Below the pieces are notes generated by a model that was not told where the DNA came from, ran no database searches, and saw only the letters and a list, made by a program, of their open reading frames with translations. From Camelus dromedarius (taxonomy: Eukaryota), in the NCBI RefSeq assembly GCF_036321535.1, contig NC_087437.1, forward strand, positions 81,780,001-81,844,000: 64,000 nt of DNA, written 5' to 3'. Positions 1 to 11,194 of this stretch are shown here, piece by piece; position 1 is the stretch's first letter, and each line of letters opens with the position of its first letter. Position numbers and translations under genes: made by a program.

Positions 1-662
1 GCCAATTAAACACGACTCAAATTAAATGTGAAGATGAGCTCAGCTATAAGGATATGGATTCTCCAATTATGGAAGAAAAAATAAAAACATAATTCTGAAT
101 CATGCAAAGGAAAAAAGAAACATGCTTGACGATTGCTTTTGTTAAGATACTATATCAGGTTTACATATTAGGTTCAAATTCTTACATCATCTTAGAGGAA
201 ACACAGTATGAGACTTGTTTTCTGGGAGCAGCCACTTTAGCTGGTTGTGGCAGAGTGCTAATGAAGAAGCAAGTTTAGGGGGGTCAATTTCCATAGAAGT
301 GAGAGGACTTTATGAAGCAATACAAATCCCATAGTACTGAAATTCCTAAACTTTGTCAGCTGCCTTACAAATGCTGATGTTTACCCTCAGAAAGACTAGG
401 TAAGAAGATGAGGAAGACTCAAGGCAGGCCACCCAACCATTTCTAGAAACCAATTCCAACAGTATCTGTCTTTGACAGTTAATAAGTAATGTTATCTCTT
501 TATGTAGCGATTTTAAATATGTACTCTAAATACAGAGTTAAAAATTTAGAAGAATCACACTTGCCCAAAAATATACAAAAAACTTATTAAGCTTTAAATG
601 AAGCAATTAGGGTATGTTTTCAATTTCTTAAAGCATCAAAAATTATATCCTTTAAGAATGAT

Positions 663-848
663 TCTTCTGCTTAAACATGGCAAATCATTCTCAAAACGCC
701 ACTAAAATGAAAATAAAGGAAACTAAAAAGGTATTAAGTCTACAAGGCCTAAGAAACCAGGAGAGGATGACAGTAGTAGAGAGATTTCAACAATTTTCTG
801 GAAAATAGAAAGTGGTTGAAATGAAATGGAAGCCATATTTAGGAGACG

Positions 849-884
<36 letters not shown>

Positions 885-2990
885 TGGCACTTGGCTTTTC
901 CCCTGTCGGACTCTGAAAAGGTTCAGAAGTTGGTGGCACAAGGTACTGCAGAGAGGAAAGGGTTTAAAAGAAGGAGACTGGCTGAGGGTTTATATTTAAA
1001 ATGATTAGCTTCCCTTCTACTCCCATCTGGCTATATTTTCTGCCCAGGCAGTCAAGCAACTATCCTATTGCTGGTTCTTGTCATTTTGCTCTCCTGGAAG
1101 AAGACGGGAGGTTTATTCTCTGGAGAGAACAAGAAGATCAAGAAGTCTGGCACTGAAGAGATAGGGAAGTCAGTGGTTGAGGCTCATTTCCTTTTCCTGT
1201 CTTTGTTTCAGGATGTCTCAAGCCAGGCTCATGTAGTAACACGTAGGAGATTACTGAATTCTTCTCTAAAGGCTTAAGAGAAATGCCATAAGAGAGGGAC
1301 ATTTGGGGATTCTATAGTAAAAGTTCAGCTTTGTTATCATTATCACTCTACCATGAAGTCTACTAATTAAAAAGCTGCACTTATGCACAAAATTTTCCAT
1401 AACCTTTTAGTGTGTCTCTTTTTAATATGAATAGACAGCTAAGGTTCATCAGACATCTAAGGAAAGCCTCCAACACAAGAGCAGATAAACAACAAAAAGA
1501 AAAAAGAATCCTGAGGAAACAGACACAGTACTTCAAAACAATTACAATTAATATTCTCAGAGAGAGAAAGGAAGAGTTTTGATCCATGAAACAAGAACAG
1601 GATGTTATTAAAAAAGAAAAAAAAATCAGAAAAATTTTAAACATTAAAACAAATAACAAAGTTGGGGTAAAAATGCAGGAGGAAAGTATGAAGATAACAT
1701 AGAGGAAATCTCTCAGAAAGATGAAAAATAGTAAGAAAAAAAAAGGTAAGAAAATTAGAGAATTACCCCTGAGAGAGTCAACATACCAATAAAAGGTATT
1801 ATAGAAAAAAAATAGTCATATTAAACAGCAGAGAAGGAGTGATTAAAAAATAATATAAGACAAACTTTCCAGGACTGAGGAAACTTAATAGAATATTAAA
1901 CTCCAAACTGAAAGCCCATGAAGAATATGGTAAAATGAAAAAGAAAAATACCCACACTAAGAAGCATCATTGTGAAATTGTAGAACATCCTGGACAAACA
2001 AAAGATTTAACAATTACTAAAAAGAAAAACAATAACATACAAAATACAAAAGTTCGAGGAAAAGAATGGTGGCAGACCTTGCAACAGCAATAATGGATGC
2101 TAGAACTCAGTGGAACAATGCCTTCAAAACTATGGGTAAATTTATCTGCAAATTAGTTTTTATACCCAGCCAAACTATCAATCAACTTACGAGGGAAAGT
2201 TTTCAGATTTCAGTAAACATTCTCAGATATTTGAGGTCTCAAAAATTTTATTTCCTACCCACAGATACTGAAGGCTCTATTCCAGCATAATTGAGGGCTA
2301 AACCAAGAAAGAGGATGATACAGAATTCAGTAAATAGGGACACCAACCCAGGAGAGTATTGAAGGGGCAGTAAAGAGAAGTCCCAATTGCTCATCAGACC
2401 TACAGAATAACCAATTCAGAGTGGAATAGGATTATGGAGGTCTGTAGGGAAGAACAAAAACTGATCTATTTGCGCATATGGAAAATATTATTCATGGGCA
2501 TATGGAAGAGATGTTAGAACATATGGGAGCAATTAACAATAGGAATACAGAAAGCTAGGCAAATGAAGAAAAGAGGTAATTATTAGTGCCATGAAAATAA
2601 ACAGTTGTATAAGAAAGGAGGGATGATTATAGCTTCTCTTTTTTTTCAGCATTGAACAGTATTTCCATGGGCATAAAAATGAAAGAGTGGTACCTGTTTA
2701 ACCAAAATGTGATACTGTGTTGGCAGAAGAGGTAGCAATTGGAGAAGCAATAGGGTGTAGACGAAAGGGCTATGTCCTCATCTGCTACCTCAGGAAGTTA
2801 CTAGATAATATCAGAAAGTGATAAATCAAGAAACAACAGTGTAAACTATATGCAGCAAATAAGGAAAAGAGCTAAAGGCAAGGCTGGTTGCCTCTAAGGA
2901 AAGATAGATAAGAGTCGGGAAGGAGACTGCTGTTTTTTCAATAAAAACTTTTAATAGTGTTTGATTATTACTCTGGTAAAAATAAAAAAT
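663..2990 (+). mobile_element. HAL1 (half-L1, ORF1-only) or related ancient L1 ORF1 element, degenerate
   Basis: ORF1p-like remnant around 2066-2230 (ADLATAIMDARTQWNNAFK...; 'tatacccagccaaactatcaatcaa'), followed with no ORF2 by a HAL1-type 3' end ('ggttgcctct...ggagactgctgttttttcaataaaaact...aaaaataaaaaa'). Confidence 0.6.
854..881 (+). repeat. (AG)n microsatellite
   Basis: Directly visible AG dinucleotide run. Confidence 0.95.
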
Positions 2991-3079
2991 TTAAATTACC
3001 ATTTTATAACAAAAACAAGCATGTTCACTGTAAAAATAAAAACAACTTAGAATTGGCTTTTGGGTTTGGTCAAAGGTTA

Positions 3080-4310
3080 TTCAATACATACTCACCAAAA
3101 TGTCTAAAATTAAAAGACTGATGACTCCAAAAGTTGACAAAAATATAAAGCAAAAACAAAAAACAAAAACAAAAAACTATCATACACTGAAAGTGGGACA
3201 GCAAAAATGGTACAATCATTTTTGAAAAAATTCTAGCAGTTTTTATAAAATTAAATATGATTCAGCAGTTCTATTCCTATGTGTTTACTCAAGAGAAATA
3301 AAAATATGTTAACAAAAAGACTTGTATATGAATGTTAATGGTAGATTTATTCATAAAAGGTCCAAATAGGAAATAGCCACAGTATTCATCAAAAGAAGAA
3401 TGGATAAACAAACTGTGGTATATTTATATAATTATTACTCAGTGTTATGGACTGAACTGTGTCCCCCATAATTCATATGCTGAAGCCCTAATCCCCAATG
3501 TATTACATTTGGAGATAGGGCCTTTAAAGAGGTAATTAAGATTAAATGAGGTCATAAGGGCTGGGTCCTAATCCAACAGGACTGGTGTCCTTATAGGAGG
3601 AGGACAGGACATTAGGGATATTAATACACAGAGAAAAGACCATGTGAGGACAGTGAAAAGGCAGCTATCTACAGACAAGGAGAGAAGTCTCAGGAGAAAC
3701 TAAACCTGCTGACACCTTGATCCTGGCCTTCTAGCCTCCAGAACTGTGAACTTATGTTGTTTAAGCCCCCCAGTCTGTGGTACTTGGTGATGGCAGCCCT
3801 TGCAGACTTAATATACTCTGCAGTTAAACAAACAAACAACAAAAAAGAACCACTATCATCAACATGAATGAATCTAAATAACATTGTGCTGAATTTAAAA
3901 AAAAGCCTTAAACAAGAGTCATACCTTATATGATTTCATTTACATGAAATTCTAGAACAGGCAAAACTGATTTTGGGATGAAAAACATCAGAACAGTGGT
4001 TGCCTAGGGGCAAGGAGTTTGGAATGGCGATTACCAGGGAGGTGGCATGAAAGCATTCTGGGATGATGGTAATGTTCTTTATCCTGCAGGGTTTTGTGTT
4101 ACAGAATTATATGAATTTGTCAAAACTCATCGAACTGTACATTTGACATTTGTGCATTTTATGGTATGTTAACTTTACCTCAAAAGGAAAAAAAAACCCT
4201 TTAAATATTGAACTTTAAAGAATAATATGCATGCTGAAGTATCTGGGAGAAGTATACTGATTTTGCAAATTACTTTGAAATGTGTCAGAAATAAGGTGAT
4301 TGATGGATGG
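3080..4310 (+). mobile_element. Old L1 (L1ME/L1MC-type) 3' end and 3' UTR, interrupted by an MLT1 LTR
   Basis: L1 3' motifs: 'gaatggataaacaaactgtggtatatt', 'catgaatgaatct...tgtgctga', 'gcaaaactga...cagtggttgcct', 'tgtcaaaactcatcgaactgtac'. Confidence 0.8.
3443..3815 (+). mobile_element. MaLR solo LTR, MLT1A/MLT1B-type
   Basis: Starts TGTTATGGACTGAA..TGTGTCCCCC, contains 'gacaccttgatcctggccttctagcctccagaactgtga', ends TAATATA; near-perfect 5-bp TSD ctcag (3438-3442) / ctctg (3816-3820). Confidence 0.9.
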
Positions 4311-4319
4311 ATAGTGTGT

Positions 4320-5461
4320 CTAAACACACTGTTCAAAAATTTTGGACTTTGAGGACACTGAGGGTGAGGGCTTGCAGAAAGTGAGGGAAATCTTACTGGA
4401 AAGTGAAAGAAAGGGAGTCCTTGTTATGTAGTGGTAGGAAGCTTAGCAGTACTGTTGTCTGCAGTTACGTGGAAAAGTAGAAAGTATGTCCAATGCTATG
4501 GGTAATCTAGTCAAGGAGATTTCCAAATAGTACTGGAGATGTCACCTGATTTCTTCTTGTGGCTTACACAGTAAAATGCAAAATAAGGGAGTTAAATTGA
4601 GAGACTGTCAAAGTTAAGGATATGACTGCAAATACATTTGTTAAAACCTCAAAAAGAATAAAGGTGGTACCTCAGGATATGATTCGGTCACATAAGAGCT
4701 CTTTAAGGAAATTACAAGGTGTGCCTCACAGATTCTCTCAAACACGACTCTAGGAAGCTTAAGGGGTCTTGTCCTTCAATTATCTCAGCAGAGGCCTAAG
4801 TTAGAGAATGGCTTATCTGGAAAAGATCTGTGGGTATGATGTCTGCCTAACATAGTAAACCCCCAGAAGAATTGTAAGAGACGCATAAAATTCTTAAAGG
4901 AGTTGTATATTCAGAAACTGAGAGAATCAAAGATGAGCCCTCAGAATTCTACTGTCAAGTAGCAAGCTGAAAGAGCTGCTTAGTTGCAAACATATGTTAC
5001 CTTTTATCAAAAAAAAAAGAGGGGGTGATTCAGAAGACAGAAGAACCTAGAGAGCAGAGCCAAGAACCATGAAAGAACCACAAGACCCTAAGCCTTAAGA
5101 CTTAATCAAGAAACTCCCAACATTTTCCGACTGCTGGGGACCAGTGACTCCTTGTTCCTCCTATTTTATACAAATATATATATAGGTCATCCTATGCTTG
5201 TCTCACCACTCAGTGTTGGGCATGTAGAGGTGAGAAAACTTGTCTCTTGAGTTTCATAGGTTGAGAAGAAATGTCCTCAAAGAGCTGTACTTGAAGGAGT
5301 AAACCCAAGGAACCTCAGCTGCACCCAGACCTGGTTTAGACAACGAAATTCTGGGCACCAAGCTCATGCTGTAATGGCATGAGATTTTTGCAAGCCTTGG
5401 GAGGGGTGAATATATTCTGAATACGGGAGGGATGTAAATCACTGGGGGCCAGAGAGCAGAC
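4320..5461 (+). mobile_element. MaLR internal sequence (MLT1-int)
   Basis: MLT1-int motifs ('ccttgttatgtagtgg...ctagtcaaggagatttcc'; terminal 'gggaggggtgaatatatt...gggccagagagcagac') directly abutting an MLT1 LTR. Confidence 0.75.
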
Positions 5462-5941
5462 TGTGGTACCAGATTCCAGGATAGCTACCAATGATCACTA
5501 TCTCCTGGTATTCATTCCCTCCTCTTAAATGTGGACTGGATTTACTGATCCACTTCCAGCAGAATATGGCAGAAGTGATGGGATGTCAGTTCTGAGATTA
5601 GGTTATAAAAATACTGTGGTTTCAGTCTTGAGTGTTCTTGCTTGCTTCTTCTTTAGTCACATGGCTTGAAGGAAGTCAGTGGCAATGTTGTAAGGCAGTC
5701 CTGTGGAGAGGCTCACGTAGTGAGGGACTGAGGCCTGCCAACAGCCACATGAATGAGCTTGCGGGGGGATTCTGCACGGTAGAGCTCCCTGACACCCAGC
5801 TTACAACTGATGAGAGCTGTAGAGCCAGAGAGACTGAGCTGAACCATGCCTGTGAGGTAACAGAAACTGAGACAAAGAATTTTTTCTGTTTTAAGCTACT
5901 AACTTTGGGGGTAATTTGTTGTACAGTGATACATTCATACA
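5462..5941 (+). mobile_element. MaLR LTR, MLT1F-like
   Basis: Starts TGTGGT, contains 'gaatatggcagaagtgatgggatgtca.ttctgagattaggttataaaa', ends 'aagctactaactttgggggtaatttgttgtacag...taca'. Confidence 0.8.
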
Positions 5942-7809
5942 ATGAAAAACAGAATTGAGACACCTGCATGGAAAGGTAGAAGTAAATCAAAGAGTGGATA
6001 GGACACAGTCCTCATTTCTTTTAATCAAGAATAATTTTGAAGATAAAGAGTAGGAGAGAGATGAAATGATCACTGCGAAAGGAAATAGTAAGAAAATACA
6101 ATAGTGAGAAGGTGAGTAAGTAGGGAAAGGGATAAGTAGCCTTGCTGAAGATTCTTTTCCTATCCAAGGAGATAAACATAAGGCTCACTTAAGAAAAAAG
6201 AAGTCCAGTGTGGTCTCTGAGGGGGAGAAGATAGGTCATGGAACTATTGAAAGGCTACTGACATCATGGAGGCATCAATGAAAAGTCACGGATTCCCTCA
6301 TAAGGGATTATATTCTGGGAACCATAATTACAAAGTCACTAGGGCTGCCTCTGAAATGACTGATGTTGAGGAGGGAAGAGGGTGATGCAATCTCTAGGAG
6401 TAGGGGAATTCATCATTTATTTTGGAAGCAGTATCTGGAAAAAAAGAACTGTTGGCAAATCTTTATACTCACATTATTAAGGAGGCCAAGGATGATTATT
6501 TAGATGTGAAATGGTTGCTAGAGATGATGTAAAAAACTTTTATAAAGTTATAAATCTGCTGCTTGAAATACTGGACAGATGGGAGGCATGGACTCAGGAA
6601 AAGAAATGCGAGGCCCAGTTATGGCAAAGAGGGGAAAGCCATCTAACAGGACAGATCCTCTCGCCTGCTGATTAAAGCCTAAGTGCACATGGCAGCTAGC
6701 AGCATAATGTCAGGGAGTTCCTATGCAAGCATCAAAGAAACACCCTTAAAGAAGAGCAAAATAACTAAGCAAATCTGAAAAAAATCCAAAACTTAAATAT
6801 AGCAAAAAATAATTTTTCCCTTCTTTTGGATCCAGGAAAAATATGTAATTACTATTAAAAAACAAATATCTGGTCATATCTGCCAAAGGAGCCATGTGCC
6901 CATGCTGTGCTGGGCACTGCAGCAAACCCTGGGCCCTGAGGCACTTACAGACTAACTGGAGACTCAACCTCTGTTTGCATAAACAACTAGAGAAGGAGTC
7001 AAGAAAGGACAGTCGGCCTGACAAAAAGGTGGTCCTTGGGGTGGTGAATGAGTTCCAGAGAGAGAAGAGCAGCAGGAAAGAGAGCACAAAGAGCCTGAGG
7101 GACCATGTGGCACTGGGGTGGAGGAGGAGAGACTCCCAGCTCTGAATGTCAAGGTGGGGGAACCTTTCAAGGAGGGGCTGGAGGAGGGACAATGTGCCAT
7201 GTGGCTCCAAGAGGCCTCTGCCAGCAGCAGTGTCGGGGAGCTGGCTCATAGCTGGGCCACAAAGGCTGAGATGGGAAGAGTTATAAGAAGACTGGGATGC
7301 TGGTGTAGTTATCTGTTCCTCCTTTTAACAAAGTTAAACCTTCAGGAAAGGTTCTGTGCTAGGTGCTGTGGAGATGCACAGATAAACTGTCCTGGAGGTG
7401 TACAGCCCGGTGGGGAGACCAGGGAGCCAGATGGATAACACTCATCTTAGGCAGAGGGGCACAAAGAGATCCCTGTGTGAATTCTCTGGCGGGGGCAATG
7501 AGGGTAGGCTTGGAGAAAGGGGTTAGGGCACTATGTCTACCTAGGACTTGGATTCTTTAAAGCCATTTGTTAGTGAGAGAAATCAGAGTAGATGAAGGTG
7601 GTTAAAGTAAGCTGTAAAATCTTAACCTTTTCTGATTTTTTTCTTAGCAGAAAAGAGCAACAGCATGTGACCAACAAATTACTAAATGACTTGGTAAATC
7701 CAGCTTTCCCAAGTTGAATGAGGAGGACAGGTGGAAAGGGAAGTGGAAGCAGCATCATCCTCAGGGCCTGGTTTACAGGCAGCCCAGTGGGCCAGGACTC
7801 CTCGTACCC

Positions 7810-7925
7810 ATCTCTCTGAGCCTCAGGTTCTTTGTAAAATGGGGTCCCCTACCTCATAAGGTGGCTGTGATGGTGTGGGTCATGGTGCCTTACACACAGC
7901 CTGTGATGAATGCTCAATAAATGGG
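7810..7925 (+). mobile_element. MIR SINE fragment
   Basis: 'ctctctgagcctcagg...tgtaaaatgggg...ctacctcataagg...gctcaataaatg' MIR core and 3' end. Confidence 0.7.
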
Positions 7926-8584
7926 CTTTATTGTTGTCGAAACCTGGGTCGCCAAAAGATAGGTGAATGCTCACGGGAATGGATCTTTCCCTCTTCTTTC
8001 TAGGGTTTCCTGCCATTTATCTAACTTGACAGTCGTGGGAAAAGAAGGAAAAGAAAAGCCAAGGAGGAAGGATGTAAAAAATAGATGAAAATTTAGCAAG
8101 GCGAAGGCTCTGCCAATAAAAAGAGTAAAGACGTAGGCTTGGGTGAGTTTATTAATGCAAGTTTATTCTTTCACTGAAGAGTCCAGAAAAGGTGAGAAGC
8201 AAGAAAGAAGAAAATCAAGGGAAAAGTAAGGAAAAAGAAAGTTGAAGAATATTTGGAAACAAGTTCTGCAGGTAGGCACCGATTAGAGGCAGAGGTCAAA
8301 GAAGGCATGACTATGGTGTGGTCGATGGGGTGAGTTAAGGTAAAATCAAACCCCTCCTTGGTGAAATAAATGATGTTAATCTGTAGGTCTTTAAAAGACT
8401 GGTTAAAACTAAAACTGATACAGGGCCTTGGAGCAAGATATTTAATAGCTGGAGAGAAAACTAAGATTGATTACATATTAAATATGTGTCTTTCGGCATT
8501 CTTCATTCCACAAGGAAAACATAGTGAATAAAATAAAGAAGACTTCAAGTATATTTCACCGTAATAATGATCACTTCAGTGTAC

Positions 8585-8760
8585 TCTTTGCCAACTACTG
8601 TTCAAAGTGCTTACTGAGTGTTAATCATTTAATCCCCACTGCAACTCTATGAAGAAAGTACACTTACTATCCCCATTTTATCAACAAGGAGACTGAGGCA
8701 CAGAGAGTTTAACTTGTTCAAGGTCTCACAGCTTGTAGGTAACCACTATGCCAGACTGCT
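8585..8760 (-). mobile_element. MIR SINE fragment
   Basis: 'tcatttaatcc...tatccccatttta...gagactgaggcacagagagtt.aacttgttcaaggtc'. Confidence 0.8.
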
Positions 8761-9492
8761 TCTCACAATTATCCTGAGCCCAGTCACAAATTTGGGGGAG
8801 AGTCACCCTCTAGTGTAATGAGTTAGGGCCACTTACAATAGAGACAAGACCACAAATCATTACTATGAAGAAGATGGTAACTTTGGACTGACAGTAGACA
8901 GTCCTTTAAAAATCACACATGGATATCAATGAGGTCTGAGGGACAAATAAAGTGAAAAAGCTGCAAATGGATGTGAGTGGCCAGTAAGATTAAAAAGGCA
9001 GTAAAAGGTCAGAAGTCCATGAAGCAAAGTTTATCAAATGGCCACTTGTGGTAATGTGAAGGCAGCAAATCCCCAGTGAGAACTGACAGAACAGACCATA
9101 ACGCTACGTAGACAGGAGGCCCTGGGAGCCTGCTAGCAGCATGGCATGGCACTGGAATCCAGCGTTGGTGTGGGGGTAGTCCTGTATATCTTTATGCTAT
9201 TTATCTCCTCCTAGGGACTACACCCAAAAGAATAACCTGGGTCTTTGGTGATGTGATGTAAGAATGTACTATGATATGATTATTGTAAAATACATTGAAA
9301 AAAATATTAGAGGGAAAAACAGACCTTGCTGTTTCATAATTAATGAAGCATGGCTCTTTCAAAGGCAGAGAAGTTAAAAGCTTCCCTCAAATCCACCAAT
9401 AATTGATGTTAGGACACAGGGAATGCTGCAGAGGGGTAAGAGAGGCTCATTTCAGAGTCTCCCAGTTGTGACGCTCCCACAGTGACTGTCAC

Positions 9493-9581
9493 CTGTTTGG
9501 TTTTCTTTGACAAGGCAGGAACTGGAGCTGTCTCCTGCTGCATCATTTCTGTGTCTCCTCGTCCTTCGCCATCTGATGCTT
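9493..9581 (-). CDS. CMSS1: CMSS1 (cms1 ribosomal small subunit homolog, C3orf26) internal coding exon 2, 89 bp, phase 1 in, phase 0 out
   Basis: Minus strand reads ...ttctaatttttaaactttatatttcctag|AA GCA TCA GAT GGC GAA GGA CGA GGA GAC ACA GAA ATG ATG CAG CAG GAG ACA GCT CCA GTT CCT GCC TTG TCA AAG AAA ACC AAA CAG|gtgaca = (E)[29 protein letters not shown]. This matches the recalled human CMSS1 segment EASDGEGEGDTEVMQQETVPVPVPSEKTKQ. Branch-point-like CTAAT, pyrimidine tract, AG acceptor and GT donor are all present. Confidence 0.93.
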
Positions 9582-9622
9582 CTAGGAAATATAAAGTTTA
9601 AAAATTAGAAAATGTGTCTCTC

Positions 9623-9716
9623 AGTTTGACTTAACATTGTAAAATGATAACTCAATAAAAAAAAGTTAAAAAAAGTAACTCCCCCCAATAAGCTATGATG
9701 ATTAAAAAAAAAAAAA
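9623..9716 (+). mobile_element. Very short 5'-truncated L1 3' terminus with extra tail and second poly(A), flanked by a 16-bp TSD
   Basis: TSD agaaaatgtgtctctc (9607-9622) / agaaaaagtgtctctc (9717-9732); insert 'tttgacttaacattgtaaaatgataactcaataaaaaaaa' resembles artiodactyl L1 termini. Confidence 0.75.
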
Positions 9717-10541
9717 AGAAAAAGTGTCTCTCTTTTTTTCTTCCTCCCAATGCTGGTGCAATCTTGGTACCACCTTTCTAGAAGGTTCTATCCTTTGACT
9801 CATTAATTCCACCTCTAAGGTGGAATTTAAGGAAATTATTCAGAATAAAGACAGAGATTTAAACACCAAGATGGCACTGTTATTTATAAAACTGCAAAAC
9901 TGAAGATTATTCAGCTGTATAGCATTTGAGAGTGTTTAGTTAGGGAACACTCATACTGATTTTAGAGATACTAAACTCCCCATTTTCAGATAAGATAGTT
10001 GCTGTTTAGAGGGAGTGAAGCAATTTGCCCCAGGTCACACACCTGGGAACCCAGATCTGTTTAAGCCCAAAGTTCTCCCCACAAGCGATCCTGCCTGCAC
10101 TGACAGCCAGCCAGCTGTTGACACCTGTGTGTTGGCCCCAGGGGGAATGTTAAGAATTCTGACAAAAGGATTACAGAGCATGAGAAATACTTATTCTGAA
10201 TTTATGAAATCTTTCAACAATGGAAAAAAATAAATTCTTACTCTAAGAATCAAGAAAGATAAAAGTTTTAACTTCTTTCTTTTTTTCGGTTTATAAAGCT
10301 CTTTTAAAGAAACATGGTAACAATAAGTTTTACTTCCCGTAATGCCATATGTCCTTCCAGATTTTGGTGGTTGCTCTTTAAACTCAGTTTTGAATCTTTG
10401 AAAGGTTTTACTTATTCCCTTTGAGTTTCTCCATATATCTCAAAGTCAGCCCAAAATATGAATTTGTGAGTAATGTTGGTCAGAATGTTTAGGTACAAAT
10501 TAACCAGTTTGATAGTCCTGAGCTTTTAAATGTTTGCTTAC

Positions 10542-10979
10542 TGTGATGGTTAATTTTATGTGTCAACTTGATTGGGCCACAGGGTGCCCAGATATTTGGT
10601 TAAACATTCTGGATGTCTCTGTGAAGGTGTTTTTGGATGAAGTTAACATTTGAACGGGTAGACTGAATAAAGAAGACTGCCCTCCCTAATGTGGGTGGGA
10701 CTCATCCAATCAGATGAAGGCCTGAAAAGAACTAAAAGCAAGCCCTCCCCCAAGTAAGAGAATTTTTTCTGCCTTTGGTCTTGAACTAAAACGTTGGCTC
10801 CTCTTGGATCTGGAGCCTGCCAACCTTCAAGCTGGAACTATACCATCAGTTCTCCTGGTTCTCAGGTCACTCTGACGAGAACTGGAACTGTAACAATTGG
10901 CTCTCCTGGGTCTCCAGTTTGTCGATTCACCCCACAGGTCTTAGGACTCGATGGCCTCCATAACTGCATGAGCCAATTC

Positions 10980-11015
<36 letters not shown>

Positions 11016-11086
11016 GAGACAGAGACAGAGACAGAGATCTATCTTCTATTGGTTCTGTTCTTCTGGAGAACCCTAATTGATATACA
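10542..11086 (+). mobile_element. ERVL solo LTR, MLT2 family (MLT2B/D-like), with internal (AC)n/(AG)n tract
   Basis: Starts TGTGATGGTTAATTTTATGTGTCAACTTGA, ends 'ctattggttctgtt.ttctggagaaccctaa...taca'. Confidence 0.9.
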
Positions 11087-11194
11087 CACTTTTTAACTGT
11101 GTAGAAAAAAAGGACTCTACCCAATGAAGTAGTAGCAGGTAGGAGATTAATAGGGCTTTTTAAATGAGTGATTAAGTTGGCATTAGAAGTATTT

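Noticed and set aside
63..72. Perfect CArG box CCAATTATGG
   Set aside because: Several CC(A/T)6GG matches are expected by chance in 64 kb of AT-rich DNA and there is no supporting context.
6746..7438. Cluster of overlapping ORFs up to 167 aa
   Set aside because: No recognisable protein similarity, low-complexity composition, and no supporting exon structure; consistent with chance ORFs in a purine/GC-skewed tract.
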